A stretch of DNA of 64,000 nt, taken from positions 128,001-192,000 of the forward strand of contig JBIJDH010000011.1 in NCBI GenBank assembly GCA_044344255.1, in the 5' to 3' direction. Of this stretch, positions 10,391 to 20,500 are shown one piece after another; positions within the stretch are counted from its first letter, which is position 1, and each line of letters opens with the position of its first letter. The DNA is from Myxococcota bacterium (GTDB lineage: Bacteria > Myxococcota_A > UBA796 > UBA2385). The translations under genes were made by a program, and so were the position numbers. A model generated the notes under the pieces. The model did not search any database. It had not been told where the DNA came from and saw only the letters and a program-made list of their open reading frames with translations.

Positions 10391-11179
10391 GTGTCGCGCC
10401 TCGCCGCCGATCGCGTCCTCTCCGACTGGCTGGAGTCTCCGCGGACACCCGCCCTCCCGCCAGCGGCGCTGCGCCTCGCGCGGCGGGTGCCCGCCCTCCG
10501 TGCGGCCCTTGAGGCGCGCCTCGACGATCCCGTCGAACGCGCCCTCGCGGGCCTCATCCCTCCCCCGGAGCTCGGCGCGGAGCCGACGCTCGGGAGGCGG
10601 GTCTGCCTCGGCCTCGCGCGGGCCGACGGCGGAGAGCGCCTCGGCCCCACGGAGGCCGCGGAGCTCGAGGCGGCGGCCCTGGGAGACCCCCGCTGGTGGG
10701 TGCCTGCGGCCCGGCTGCACGTGCTCGCCAGCCCCGAGCGGGAGCGGAGGGCGCGGGTGGCCCTCTCCGATCAGGAGCTGCCCTACGTGTTCCCCGGGGA
10801 ACTCCACCCGATGCAGGTCGAGCTCCTCGCGGTGGGCGACCGCATCCTCACCGCCTTGCACATCGACTGGTCGCGCAAGCTAGCCGATTGGGCGCTCGAG
10901 GCCCTCCCGCAAGACCTGCGGAGCCTCGGCCTCTGGTTTTGGCCCCACCTCGGCTTCTTCCCCGACAAGCGGGCGCAGCGGCCCCTGGAGGCGGCGCTGT
11001 CGGCCCGTCGGCTCCCCGACGGCGCCCGTGGCCTCTGCGCCGCCTATCTGCAGCGCGTGGGCGTCGACGGCGGCGCCGTCGTCGAAGCGGCGAGCCCCTT
11101 GGATCGGCTGATCTGGGCCCTGACGGTCACCGGAGACCGGCCCCCCGAGGCGGAGCCGCGGGTGATCAGCTCACCTTGA
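10391..11179 (+). CDS. Hypothetical protein
   Basis: GTG directly after the porin stop; typical codon usage; fills the gap to the convergent FKBP gene. Confidence 0.6.
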   Translation: MSRLAADRVLSDWLESPRTPALPPAALRLARRVPALRAALEARLDDPVERALAGLIPPPELGAEPTLGRRVCLGLARADGGERLGPTEAAELEAAALGDPRWWVPAARLHVLASPERERRARVALSDQELPYVFPGELHPMQVELLAVGDRILTALHIDWSRKLADWALEALPQDLRSLGLWFWPHLGFFPDKRAQRPLEAALSARRLPDGARGLCAAYLQRVGVDGGAVVEAASPLDRLIWALTVTGDRPPEAEPRVISSP

Positions 11180-11489
11180 GCAGCTCGACCTCGAAGACGA
11201 GCGTGCTGTTGGCGGGGATGACCGGCGGGAAGCCGCGGGCGCCGTAGCCGAGCTCCGGGGGGATAGTGAGCTTGCGCACCTCGCCGACCTTCATGCCGGC
11301 TACGCCCTCATCCCAGCCCCTGATGACCATTCCGGCCCCGAGCCGGAAGGTGAAGCCCTGGCCGCGGTCGCGAGAGCTGTCGAACTTGTGGCCGTTGGTC
11401 AGCGTGCCGACGTAGTGCACGGTGACGCTCTTTCCGGCGACCGCCTCGGCGCCGGTGCCGGGCTGGATGATCTCGATCTGCAGAGGCAT
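11166..11489 (-). CDS. FKBP-type peptidyl-prolyl cis-trans isomerase
   Basis: VHYVGTL, FDSSRDRG, VIRGWDEG, IPPELGYG, LVFEVEL motifs; GGAG RBS before ATG 11489. Confidence 0.95.
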   Translation of the reverse strand: MPLQIEIIQPGTGAEAVAGKSVTVHYVGTLTNGHKFDSSRDRGQGFTFRLGAGMVIRGWDEGVAGMKVGEVRKLTIPPELGYGARGFPPVIPANSTLVFEVELLKVS

Positions 11490-11550
11490 GGAGGCTCCAA
11501 AGAGGGGCCCCCTCCTTACCGGGCTGCTCCTGACTGAGCCAGCCGAAGGC

Positions 11551-12906
11551 CTAGTCGACCGCCTCATCTACGACGACGCTCGCGATGATGCGCTCGTAGA
11601 GCCGCTCCCGCCCGAAGCCCAAGGCGGAGCGTTCTCCATCGAGGGTGTAGCCCACGCGGAGCATGTAGTGGCCGCGCAGCAGCCGCTGCTCGACTACGCG
11701 GAGGGCGGGCAGGTCATCTCCTGCCGGGCGAGAGAAGGCTCGCGCGTCCCAGCCCGGCTGCAAAGGATCAGGGGCCGCAGCGAGCTGGAAGGTGCCGCCG
11801 AGACGCTCTCCCCAGAACGAGGCCGGGTCTTCGAAGTCGGCGAGGTCGCTGGCGAAGGAGAGGCCGGCGAAGACCGCCTCCTCGTCGGTCGTCTCGACCA
11901 CCCAAGCGCGGAGGCCGGCGAGGCGCATCGGGTGGTCTGCCATGTCGGCGGGCAGGGAGAGGCTGTAGCCGGCCTCCTCGTGGGTCACCGTCTCCCAGGG
12001 CCCGTGGCTCAGCCTAGGCGCGAGGCCGGCGGCGAGGCCGATGACCGACGGAGAGAGGCCGATGAGCAGCGCCGCGCCGAAATTCCGCCGGGCGCGGCCG
12101 GCGACGGCGAGGCGGGGCGCCGCTGTCTCTGCGGGGAGGAAGAAGGCGGCCAGACCCCCGCCGAGGAGGCCACCCAGGTGCCCGAGGTGGGAGACCTCCG
12201 GGGCGAGGATGCCCGCAGCGAAGAGGGGAATGAAGAAGACAAGGTTTCCCCATCCATAATACTTACGCTGCGCCGGCGGGAGCTCGTCTCCGAAGCGGAA
12301 GCCCGCCGCGATCTGCGCCCCCCAGAGCCCGTAGCCGATGATCGAGGAGCCGAGGACCGGCACGGTGGAGAAGAGGCTGATGAACAGGGCGCCCACCGCC
12401 ACCGCGGCCGCAGTGACGATCGCCACGCCCCCGTGCCCGAGGGCCCGCTCGGCCCGGAAGCCGCAGTAGGCGATGATCGGGAAGTTCGCGATCATGTGGA
12501 TGGGGCCGGCGTGGATGAGCTGGCTCGTCCAGGGCGTCCACGGCCGGCCGTCAAGGACGAGGCCGCCGGTCCCCACGGAGAGGGCCGCGAAGAGCCCCTC
12601 CAGCCGCTCCGGTGCCAGCACCGCGACGACCATCTGCACCACCCCGCACAGCAGCAGGATCAGCACCAGCAGCCCCGTCACCACCGGGGGCGTCCAGGCG
12701 CGTAAGGACTGACCGAGGCGAGCGGGGGGCGCCTCGAGGGCCTCGGCGAGCGCGGGGAGCTCGTCCACCCGAAGCCAGCCCTCGCCAGTCCAGGGCGGGT
12801 AGTGGACCCGGGCGTCAGGCAGCACGAGGCCGCGGCGCACCTCCTCCTCGAGCTGTCCGGGGTCGATGGGGCAGGTCTCGCCGTCGGCTTGGAGCATCGC
12901 GCGCAT
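11551..12906 (-). CDS. Rhomboid family intramembrane protease with N-terminal GYF-like and C-terminal soluble domains
   Basis: H..PIH..AN, ERALG, GSS and HLGGLLGG motifs in a multi-TM core. Confidence 0.75.
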   Translation of the reverse strand: MRAMLQADGETCPIDPGQLEEEVRRGLVLPDARVHYPPWTGEGWLRVDELPALAEALEAPPARLGQSLRAWTPPVVTGLLVLILLLCGVVQMVVAVLAPERLEGLFAALSVGTGGLVLDGRPWTPWTSQLIHAGPIHMIANFPIIAYCGFRAERALGHGGVAIVTAAAVAVGALFISLFSTVPVLGSSIIGYGLWGAQIAAGFRFGDELPPAQRKYYGWGNLVFFIPLFAAGILAPEVSHLGHLGGLLGGGLAAFFLPAETAAPRLAVAGRARRNFGAALLIGLSPSVIGLAAGLAPRLSHGPWETVTHEEAGYSLSLPADMADHPMRLAGLRAWVVETTDEEAVFAGLSFASDLADFEDPASFWGERLGGTFQLAAAPDPLQPGWDARAFSRPAGDDLPALRVVEQRLLRGHYMLRVGYTLDGERSALGFGRERLYERIIASVVVDEAVD

Positions 12907-13209
12907 CTTCCCGGCATAACGGCCCTCGATTCCGTGGGCCGGGCAACCTCTCGAACTATTCCAATCCATGCTCTTGACATCGCAAGAGCAGTGGGTTCAA
13001 GTAGATCGCAGCAGAGATCGTCCTCGCCCCTCCGGCGCCTGCCTCCCCGGCAGGTCCCCCACCGGAGAGGCCGCTGTCGCTGTCCCCCCGCTCGCTCCGC
13101 GCTGGCCGGCGCTCCCCGCGCTCGGCCCGCGCCCCGCCCCCTCCTCCGCTCCTCCTCCCGCCTCCCTTCGGCGGCCACAGTTGGCCGCCGTTTCCCTTGG
13201 GTCCCCCCC

Positions 13210-14127
13210 ATGAACGCGCTCGCCCAGCGGTTGGCCGAGCCAGCGGCTCTCCCGGCCCTGGTCCGGATCGTCGAAGATGACGAGACGCCCGTGCTCGTCC
13301 TCGACGAGTCGGCCCCTTTCGACGACCTGCGCGCCGCGATCCGCGACGAGCTCACGCCCGACGCCTTCCCCGCCGATGGCCGGAACCCCTGGCACGGCCG
13401 CGCGGTGCGGCTCGACCTCGCCGATCGGGAATTCAGCCTCTTTGACCTCCGCCGCCTGGTGAACATGCTGCGGGAGGAGTTCGGCGTCGTGGTCGCCGGC
13501 CTCTGCTGCACGCAGCGGGCCTTCCAGCGCTACGCCGAGGCCGAGCTGAAGATGCGGATCTACCTCCGCCCCTCCGCCGCCGAGCTGGCGCTGAAGGAGG
13601 GCGCCGGCCGATCGGCCCCGCCCCGCGGCGAGGCCGGCCCGAACAACCGGGGGTCCACCGTCGGGCCCCAGGCCAGCCTGAGCGAGGCGGTGCTGGAGAT
13701 CGATCGCCCCGAGCCCACCTCCGCCGAGGGGGGCCGCCGCCTGCTCACCCTCGACCACACCCTCCGCTCCGGCGCCAGCGTCCGCTTCCCCGGCGACGTC
13801 GTGGTCTACGGCGACGTCAACGCCGGGGCGCACATCGAGGCGGGCGGCAGCATCATCATCCTCGGCGCGCTGCGCGGCCTCGCCCACGCCGGCTGCCCGG
13901 CCGACGAGTCCGCCGTGATCATCGGCTTCGACCTCCGCCCCACCCAGCTCCGCATCGGCCGCAAGATCGGCTACCCGCCCGAGCGGCCCAAGGCGGAGGG
14001 CGGCGGCCTCCTCTCGATGCTGCGGGGCAGCTCGGCCGCCCAGCGCCCCGCCTTCTCGCCCGAGATCGCCTCGGTCCGCGAGGGGAGCATCGTCCTCGAA
14101 GAATTCCGCGGGCGCTCGAACACATGA
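13210..14127 (+). CDS. minC: Septum site-determining protein MinC
   Basis: C-terminal TLRSGASV..PGDVVVYGDVNAGA.I.AGGSIIILGALRGLAHAG; directly upstream of minD. Confidence 0.9.
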   Translation: MNALAQRLAEPAALPALVRIVEDDETPVLVLDESAPFDDLRAAIRDELTPDAFPADGRNPWHGRAVRLDLADREFSLFDLRRLVNMLREEFGVVVAGLCCTQRAFQRYAEAELKMRIYLRPSAAELALKEGAGRSAPPRGEAGPNNRGSTVGPQASLSEAVLEIDRPEPTSAEGGRRLLTLDHTLRSGASVRFPGDVVVYGDVNAGAHIEAGGSIIILGALRGLAHAGCPADESAVIIGFDLRPTQLRIGRKIGYPPERPKAEGGGLLSMLRGSSAAQRPAFSPEIASVREGSIVLEEFRGRSNT

Positions 14128-14196
14128 ACGTCGCCGCGCGCCCCGCTGCCCCCTTGTCCAAGCCTGTGTCAGAGTCAGATTTTGTGGAGACTGCCC

Positions 14197-15015
14197 ATGA
14201 GTGAGTGCATCGTCGTCACCTCCGGAAAGGGTGGGGTGGGCAAGACCACCACCACGGCCAACCTGGGCGTGGCGCTCGGCATCTTCGGCTCCAAGGTGGC
14301 CGTGGTCGACGCCGACATCGGTCTGCGCAACCTCGACGTCATCCTCGGCCTCGAGAACCGCATCGTCTACGACCTCGTTCACGTCATCGAGGGAGAGTGC
14401 CGCCTCAAGCAGGCCCTCATCCGCGACAAGCGGGTCGACAACCTCTTCCTGCTGCCCGCCGCCCAGACCCGCGACAAGAACGCGGTGACGCCTCAGCAGA
14501 TGCGCGACCTCATCGCCGAGCTGAAGAAGGACTTCGACTTCGTGCTCGTCGACTGCCCCGCCGGCATCGAGCAGGGCTTCAAGAACGCGGTGGCGGGCGC
14601 GGACCGCGCCATCATCGTCACCACGCCGGAGGTGAGCGCGATCCGCGACGCCGACCGCATCATCGGCATGGTGGAGGCCGCCGAGCTCCCCGAGCCGCAG
14701 CTCATCATCAACCGCTTCCGACCCCGTATGGTGGCGTCGGGCAACATGATGAACAAGGATGACATCCTCGAGATCCTGGCCATCCCCCTGCTCGGCATCG
14801 TGCCCGACCACGAGGAGATCATCATCTCGGCCAACCGCGGCGCCCCGGTGGTCTTCGACGAGAAGAGCATCGTGGGAGAGGCCTACCGTCGCATCGCCCG
14901 GCGCATCAAGGGCGAGCCCAACGTCCCCATGCTCGAGTTCAACGGGAACCTGGGCGTGTGGGGCACCCTGATGAAGTGGATGGGCATGAGCTCGTCCCGA
15001 GAGGTGGTGGGATGA
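14197..15015 (+). CDS. minD: Septum site-determining ATPase MinD
   Basis: TSGKGGVGKTT, DIGLRNLD, DCPAGIEQGF, TPEVSAIRDADR; C-terminal amphipathic helix. Confidence 0.97.
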   Translation: MSECIVVTSGKGGVGKTTTTANLGVALGIFGSKVAVVDADIGLRNLDVILGLENRIVYDLVHVIEGECRLKQALIRDKRVDNLFLLPAAQTRDKNAVTPQQMRDLIAELKKDFDFVLVDCPAGIEQGFKNAVAGADRAIIVTTPEVSAIRDADRIIGMVEAAELPEPQLIINRFRPRMVASGNMMNKDDILEILAIPLLGIVPDHEEIIISANRGAPVVFDEKSIVGEAYRRIARRIKGEPNVPMLEFNGNLGVWGTLMKWMGMSSSREVVG

Positions 15016-15554
15016 TCGAGCTCCTCCAGCGCATCTTCGGCCGGGCGACCGCGCCCGCCGCCGCCACCACGAGCAAGGACGAGGCCAAGCAGCGCCTCAA
15101 GTTTCTGCTCATCCACGACCAGGTCGACCTCAGCCCCGCGCAGATGGACGCCATGAAGGCGGAGCTGATGGCGGTGATCTCCAAGTACGTGGAGTTCGAC
15201 GAGACCGACACCGAGGTCCGCCTCGAGCGCACCGACGGTCAGATCGCCCTCGTGAGCTCCGTGCCCGTGCGCCGCGTGGTGGAGCGGCCGAACGTGCCGG
15301 CCCCGCGCGCCTCCACGCCGCTGCCGGTGGCGCCGGTCTCCGCGCCCCTCCCCGTCGTCCCGGTCCCTGTCGTCCTGGCGCCCCCCGCGCCCGCGCCGGT
15401 CGAGCCCGTGGCTGCGGCCCCCGTCGCAGCCCCCGTCGTGGTCACGGTCGAGCCCGATGACGAGCCCGTCGCCCTCGACACCCCGACCCTCACCGGGGTC
15501 ACGCCCGAGGCCCCCGCGCAGCAGCCGGACGCCCTGGCGGCCTCGGCGGCCTGA
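15012..15554 (+). CDS. minE: MinE with long Pro/Ala/Val-rich C-terminal extension
   Basis: SKDEAKQRLKFLLIHD...ELMAVISKYV; ATGA overlap with minD. Confidence 0.9.
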   Translation: MIELLQRIFGRATAPAAATTSKDEAKQRLKFLLIHDQVDLSPAQMDAMKAELMAVISKYVEFDETDTEVRLERTDGQIALVSSVPVRRVVERPNVPAPRASTPLPVAPVSAPLPVVPVPVVLAPPAPAPVEPVAAAPVAAPVVVTVEPDDEPVALDTPTLTGVTPEAPAQQPDALAASAA

Positions 15555-15572
15555 AGGCCCCGGCCCGGAGCC

Positions 15573-16673
15573 TCAGGTTCGGCCGGCCCGCCGCCATCGT
15601 CCGCCCTTCTTGAGGCGCTTCTGGACGATGGCGCGCTGGCGCTCTTTGTAGAGGTGGTGGGCGTTCTCACCGCTCTCGTTGGCCTCGGCCGTCGCTTCGT
15701 CAAGCACCTGGAACTCGACCATCGCGAAGACGGTCCGCCCGTACATGGGGTTGAAGGCCCGATCGACGAGGTGGTCGACCCGCACCGGCATGTCGACGAT
15801 GAAGTTGACCATCCGGTAGCTGCCCCCCGAGAAGGGGTTGGCCTCGGGGGAGAGCGCGGCGTCTTCCCCCTCGGAGAGGCTGGCGACCACGTCTTCGTAG
15901 GGGGCGTGCGTGAGCATGTCCCGCAGGCTGACGAGGTTGTTGTGGCTCTGGCCCGGGATCACATAGTTGAAGGGGAAGAGGTTGCGGGCGAGCCAGGCGA
16001 GTGCCGGGAAGATCTGGTGCTGCTCCTTGGTCACGATGCGGAAGCGCAGCTTGTCGAAGACCGTCGCCGCGGTGTTCTCCTTCTTGGCGATCAGCTTCGT
16101 GATCACGCTGTGGCGCGTCTTTCGGCTGCCGTAGAAGGAGACCAGCGGGAAGCCCTCCTCGCGCATGCGCACCGAGGCGGCGCGGATGCGGGCGTCGGCG
16201 AGGTCAAGCACGTTGGCCTCCGAGAGCGGCGTTTGAAAGCGCAGCTCTGCGGACTCCATGTGGTTGATCACGTGCATCAGCTTGAGGATGACGCAGGCGA
16301 GGATCTGCCGCCGCCGAAAGCCGCCCGTCTGGCTGGCGAGGAGGAAGACCTGCCGCAGATCTTCGGGGTGCTCGAGGTCCGGCGGCGAGGTGATGCCGAG
16401 GTGCTCGGCGAGGTAGACGACGGCCTCGCGGTGCACGTAGGCGAGGCGCCGCAGGTCATCGTGGTTGTGCACGTCGAGCAGGTGCAGGCCGAGGAAGCGG
16501 TCCACATCCGCGAGGTCGCGGAAGAAGGAGCGGTTCCAGTCGATGACGGAGTCGCCCTTCAACATCAGCCGCACGGACGCGACATCGGCGAGGTCGAGCG
16601 CCCGTCCGCCGAGGGCGGACAGCAGGGTGGCGTCGATGTGGAGGGGGGGACGTTCCGGCGGAGCGGTGGTCAC
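15573..16673 (-). CDS. TIGR04552-like protein (RelA/SpoT-like nucleotidyltransferase fold, uncharacterised)
   Basis: G.SVIDW, VILKLMHVINH, KTRHSVITKL, FDKLRFRIVT, IPGQSHNNL, NPFSG..YR.VNFIVD.PVR and EFQV motifs; GTG start inferred. Confidence 0.7.
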   Translation of the reverse strand: MTTAPPERPPLHIDATLLSALGGRALDLADVASVRLMLKGDSVIDWNRSFFRDLADVDRFLGLHLLDVHNHDDLRRLAYVHREAVVYLAEHLGITSPPDLEHPEDLRQVFLLASQTGGFRRRQILACVILKLMHVINHMESAELRFQTPLSEANVLDLADARIRAASVRMREEGFPLVSFYGSRKTRHSVITKLIAKKENTAATVFDKLRFRIVTKEQHQIFPALAWLARNLFPFNYVIPGQSHNNLVSLRDMLTHAPYEDVVASLSEGEDAALSPEANPFSGGSYRMVNFIVDMPVRVDHLVDRAFNPMYGRTVFAMVEFQVLDEATAEANESGENAHHLYKERQRAIVQKRLKKGGRWRRAGRT

Positions 16674-16830
16674 AGCGCCTGCCTCTTGCGGATCGGGGCC
16701 GCTGCACAATACCCCAACCTCGCACCGCGCTGGCCCCTCCCCATGCAAGGAGCCGGTCAGGCCCGCCCCCGGCTCCGCGACCCCCGCCCCGCGACCCCCG
16801 CCCCGCGACCCCCCGCCCCCTGTGAGTGTG

Positions 16831-17598
16831 ATGGCCATCCCCTTGCTCCCCACTTCTACTGCGGGCCGCGTCTTCCGCTCCTGGAAGGAGTCCAGCGTCG
16901 CGCTCTCCGCGGGCTTCGGCGCCGCGCTCCTCGCTACGGTGCCGCCGGCGCTGCTGTCCACGGTGCTCGACACGCGCATGCTCGAGGGCCTGCCGAGCCC
17001 CCCGGGGCAGGATGACGTCGTGCGGGTGCTGCTCACGGTCACCGCGCAAGACCTCGGGGTGCAGATCTTCTGGGGTCCCCTGGTCGCGGCGATCGGGGTC
17101 TTCGTGATGAAGGCCTGGCTCGAGGGCAAGCCCACCGACACCCACAAGGCGCTGAACTTCGCCCTCAACCGCTACGCGAAGATCTTCCTGCCCCACCTCG
17201 CGGCCTCGCTCACCATCATGCTCGGCATGGTGATCTGCGTGCCGGGCCTGATGTTCCTGCTGATGTACGCCTTCGTCGATCCGGTGGCCTGCCTCGAAGA
17301 GGAGAAGTGGCCGCTCGGCCGCAGCACCAAGCTCACGAAGGGCAGGCGCGCCTCCCTGTTCTGGCTGGCGCTGCCCTGGATGGTGATCGGCCAGGCCACC
17401 TTCTTCGTCGACCAGTGGGCGGCGCAGTTCGGCCACATCGCCATCTTCGCCACCAACCTGCTCTGGCAGCTCTTCGCCTTCTGGACCTCGCTCTCCTTCG
17501 TGCGGCTCTACCTGGACCGCGTGGAGGGCCGGAAGAAGGCGGCGGCCGCGGCCGCGGACTCCCCTCCCGTGGCGACCGAAGCGGGTCGGGAGGGCTGA
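16831..17598 (+). CDS. Hypothetical multi-pass membrane protein
   Basis: Several hydrophobic segments; LGRSTKLTKG motif typical of glycerophosphodiesterase-membrane-domain-like proteins. Confidence 0.65.
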   Translation: MAIPLLPTSTAGRVFRSWKESSVALSAGFGAALLATVPPALLSTVLDTRMLEGLPSPPGQDDVVRVLLTVTAQDLGVQIFWGPLVAAIGVFVMKAWLEGKPTDTHKALNFALNRYAKIFLPHLAASLTIMLGMVICVPGLMFLLMYAFVDPVACLEEEKWPLGRSTKLTKGRRASLFWLALPWMVIGQATFFVDQWAAQFGHIAIFATNLLWQLFAFWTSLSFVRLYLDRVEGRKKAAAAAADSPPVATEAGREG

Positions 17599-20500
17599 CC
17601 CTGTCGGCCTTCCTCCAAGGGCTCGCCGCGGGGGGCCGCCGCGCCTCCGGCCTCTCGGGCGGCGCCCCGGCTTGGGCGGTGGCCGAGCTCGCCCGCGCGC
17701 CAGAGCGGCGGCCGATGCTGGTGGTCGTGCCCGGGCGCGACGAGGCCGAGGCCTTCGCGCGGGACCTCCGCTTCCACCTCGGCGCTGTCGCCGAGGTGCT
17801 GCTGCTCCCGGCCGACGACGTGCGCGTCTGGGACGGCCTCTCACCCCACCCCGACCTCCCCCGCGCCCGGGTGGCCGCCCTCGACCGCCTCGCCCGGCGG
17901 GACCCCGTCGTCGTCGTCGCCCCCGCCCGCGCCCTCCTCGCGCGGGTGCTGCCGCCTGCGAGCCTCACCCGCCTCCGCGCCCGCCTCACCGTGGGGGCCG
18001 TGCTCCCGCCGCGAGACCTCGTGCGGGCGCTCGTCGATCGCGGCTACCTCGTCACCCACGGCGTCGATGATCCCGGCTGCGTCTCGCTCCGCGGCGGGGT
18101 GCTCGACCTCTGGCCCTCGCACCGGGTGGCCGGGCACGACGGCCCGCTGCGCCTCGAGTACTTTGACGACGAGATCGAGAGCCTCCACAAGCTCGACCCC
18201 CGCAGCCGCAAGGGCAAGGGCCCCCTCCGCGAGGTCGAGCTCCTGCCGGCCCGAGAGGCGGTCGTAGACGCCGCCGCCCTGCTCCGCGCCGCCGAGGTCA
18301 CCGCCCGCGCCGTGGACGCCATCGGGGCCGGCCAGGGCACACGCCGCCGGGTGCTCGAAGACCTGAAGGAGGGCCTCTGGTTCCCCGGCGCCGAGGACTA
18401 CCTCTGCGCGCTCCACCCGGTCATCCCCCTGCTCGACTGGCCCCGCGTCGAGACCGTCGTGGTTGAGCCCGGCCGCGTCGAGGCCGAGCTCCAGCGGGCC
18501 GAGCAGCTCTCGAACACCCGCTGGGCCGCCATCCCCGCCGCCCAGCGGCCGGTGGTGCTGCCCGCCGACCGCTTCGTCCCCGCCGACGACGTGATGCGGG
18601 CCCTCGCCGGCGCCATCGAGGTGGGCGAGCTGCTCGTCGGGGAGGCGGAGGCCCCGCACTACGGCGCCCGCGACAACACCCTGCTCCGCGTGGGCAAGGG
18701 CGACCTCGCCCCCACCGCCTCCCGCATCGCCGGCTGGCTCGAGGAGGGCTGGCAGGTGGCCCTCGCCTGCGACACCGAGGCGCGCGCCGAGCGGGTCCTG
18801 GCCCTCGTCCACCCCCACGGGCTCCACCCCTTCCCCTCGCCGGTCGGCCGGCTCCGCCCCCCGGGTGAGCTCGCGCTGTGGGTGGGCCCGCTCGGCCAGG
18901 GCTTCCACGCCGCCGCTTCCCGGCTCGCCGTCGTCACCGCCGACGAGCTCTTCGGCGCAAAAGAGAAGGCGAAGGGTCCGAAGCGCTCGGTCAAGGACGC
19001 CGCCCTCGGCACCCTCGCCGAGCTCAAGGCCGACGACCTCGTCGTCCACAGCCGGCACGGCGTGGGGCGCTTCATCGGCTTGAAGCGGGTGCGGACCGAG
19101 CTCAAGGGCGAGAGCCCGCGCCACGACAAGGTGATCGAGCAGGACTACGCCGAGCTCAGCTTCCGCGGCAACGACCGCCTCTTCCTGCCCGTCACCCGCC
19201 TCGACGAGATCACGAAGTACCGGGCCACCGGCGAGACCGAGCCCGCCCTCGACAAGCTCGGCGGGATCACCTGGGCCGCGCGCAAGTCGAAGGCCCGCGA
19301 GCGCATCGCCGCCCTCGCCCACGAGCTCCTGAGCGTGCACGCCCTGCGCTCGGTGGGCGACGGCCACGCCTACGACGGCGACCTCCCCGCCCTCTACCGC
19401 CAGCTCGAGGAGACCTTCCCCTTCGAGGAGACGCCGGACCAGGCCGCCGCGATCATCGACGTGCTCGACGACCTCGCCAAGCCCGAGCCGATGGACCGCC
19501 TCATCGTGGGCGATGTGGGCTTCGGCAAGACCGAGGTCGCCCTGCGGGCCGCGATGCGGGTGCTGCTCGAGGGCCGGCAGGTGGCCGTGCTCTGCCCCAC
19601 CACCGTCCTCGCCTTCCAGCACCACGAGACCTTCCGCGAGCGCCTCAGCGGCTTCGGGCTGCGGGTGGAGCTCTTGAGCGGCTTCCGCTCCGCCGCCCTG
19701 AGCAAGACCGTCCTCACCGACCTCGCCGAGGGCAAGGTCGACGTGCTCGTCGGCACCCAGGCCCTCCTCGGCCGCCAGGTGCGCTGGAAGCGGCTCGGGC
19801 TCGTGGTCGTAGACGAGGAGCACCGCTTCGGGGTCAAGCAGAAGGAGCGCCTCAAGAAGACCGTGGCCGCCTGGGCCACGACCCCGCCCGAGTACCTCGC
19901 GATGAGCGCCACCCCCATCCCGCGCTCGCTGCACATGGCGATGTCGGGGCTCCGCGACGTGAGCATGATCACGACGCCGCCCCAGGGCCGAAAGCCCGTC
20001 CTCACGCGCATCCTCGTCTGGAACGACGAGCGGATCCGAGAGGAGATCACCCACGAGCTGCACCGGGGCGGGCAGGTCTTCTTCGTGCACAATCGGGTCG
20101 AGACGCTCGGCTCGGTGTCGCGGCGCCTCCAGGAGATCGTGCCCGAGGCGAAGATCGGGGTGGGACACGGTCAGATGGCCGACGGCGCGCTCGAGGCGGT
20201 GCTGGTCGACTTCATTCGCCGACAGACGAACGTGCTCCTCTGTACGACGATCATCGAGTCCGGCATCGACATGCCGAACGTCAACACCATCCTCGTCAAC
20301 GACGCCCACGAGCTCGGCCTCGCCCAGCTCCACCAGCTCCGCGGGCGGGTCGGCCGCGGGCCAGTGCGCGGCTACTGCACCCTGCTCGTGCCCGAAGAGG
20401 CCGGCATCTCCGCGAAGGCGGTGCGGCGCCTCCGCGCCCTCCAGGACTACTCCGAGCTCGGCAGCGGCATGGCCATCGCCAGCGCCGACCTCGAGCTCCG

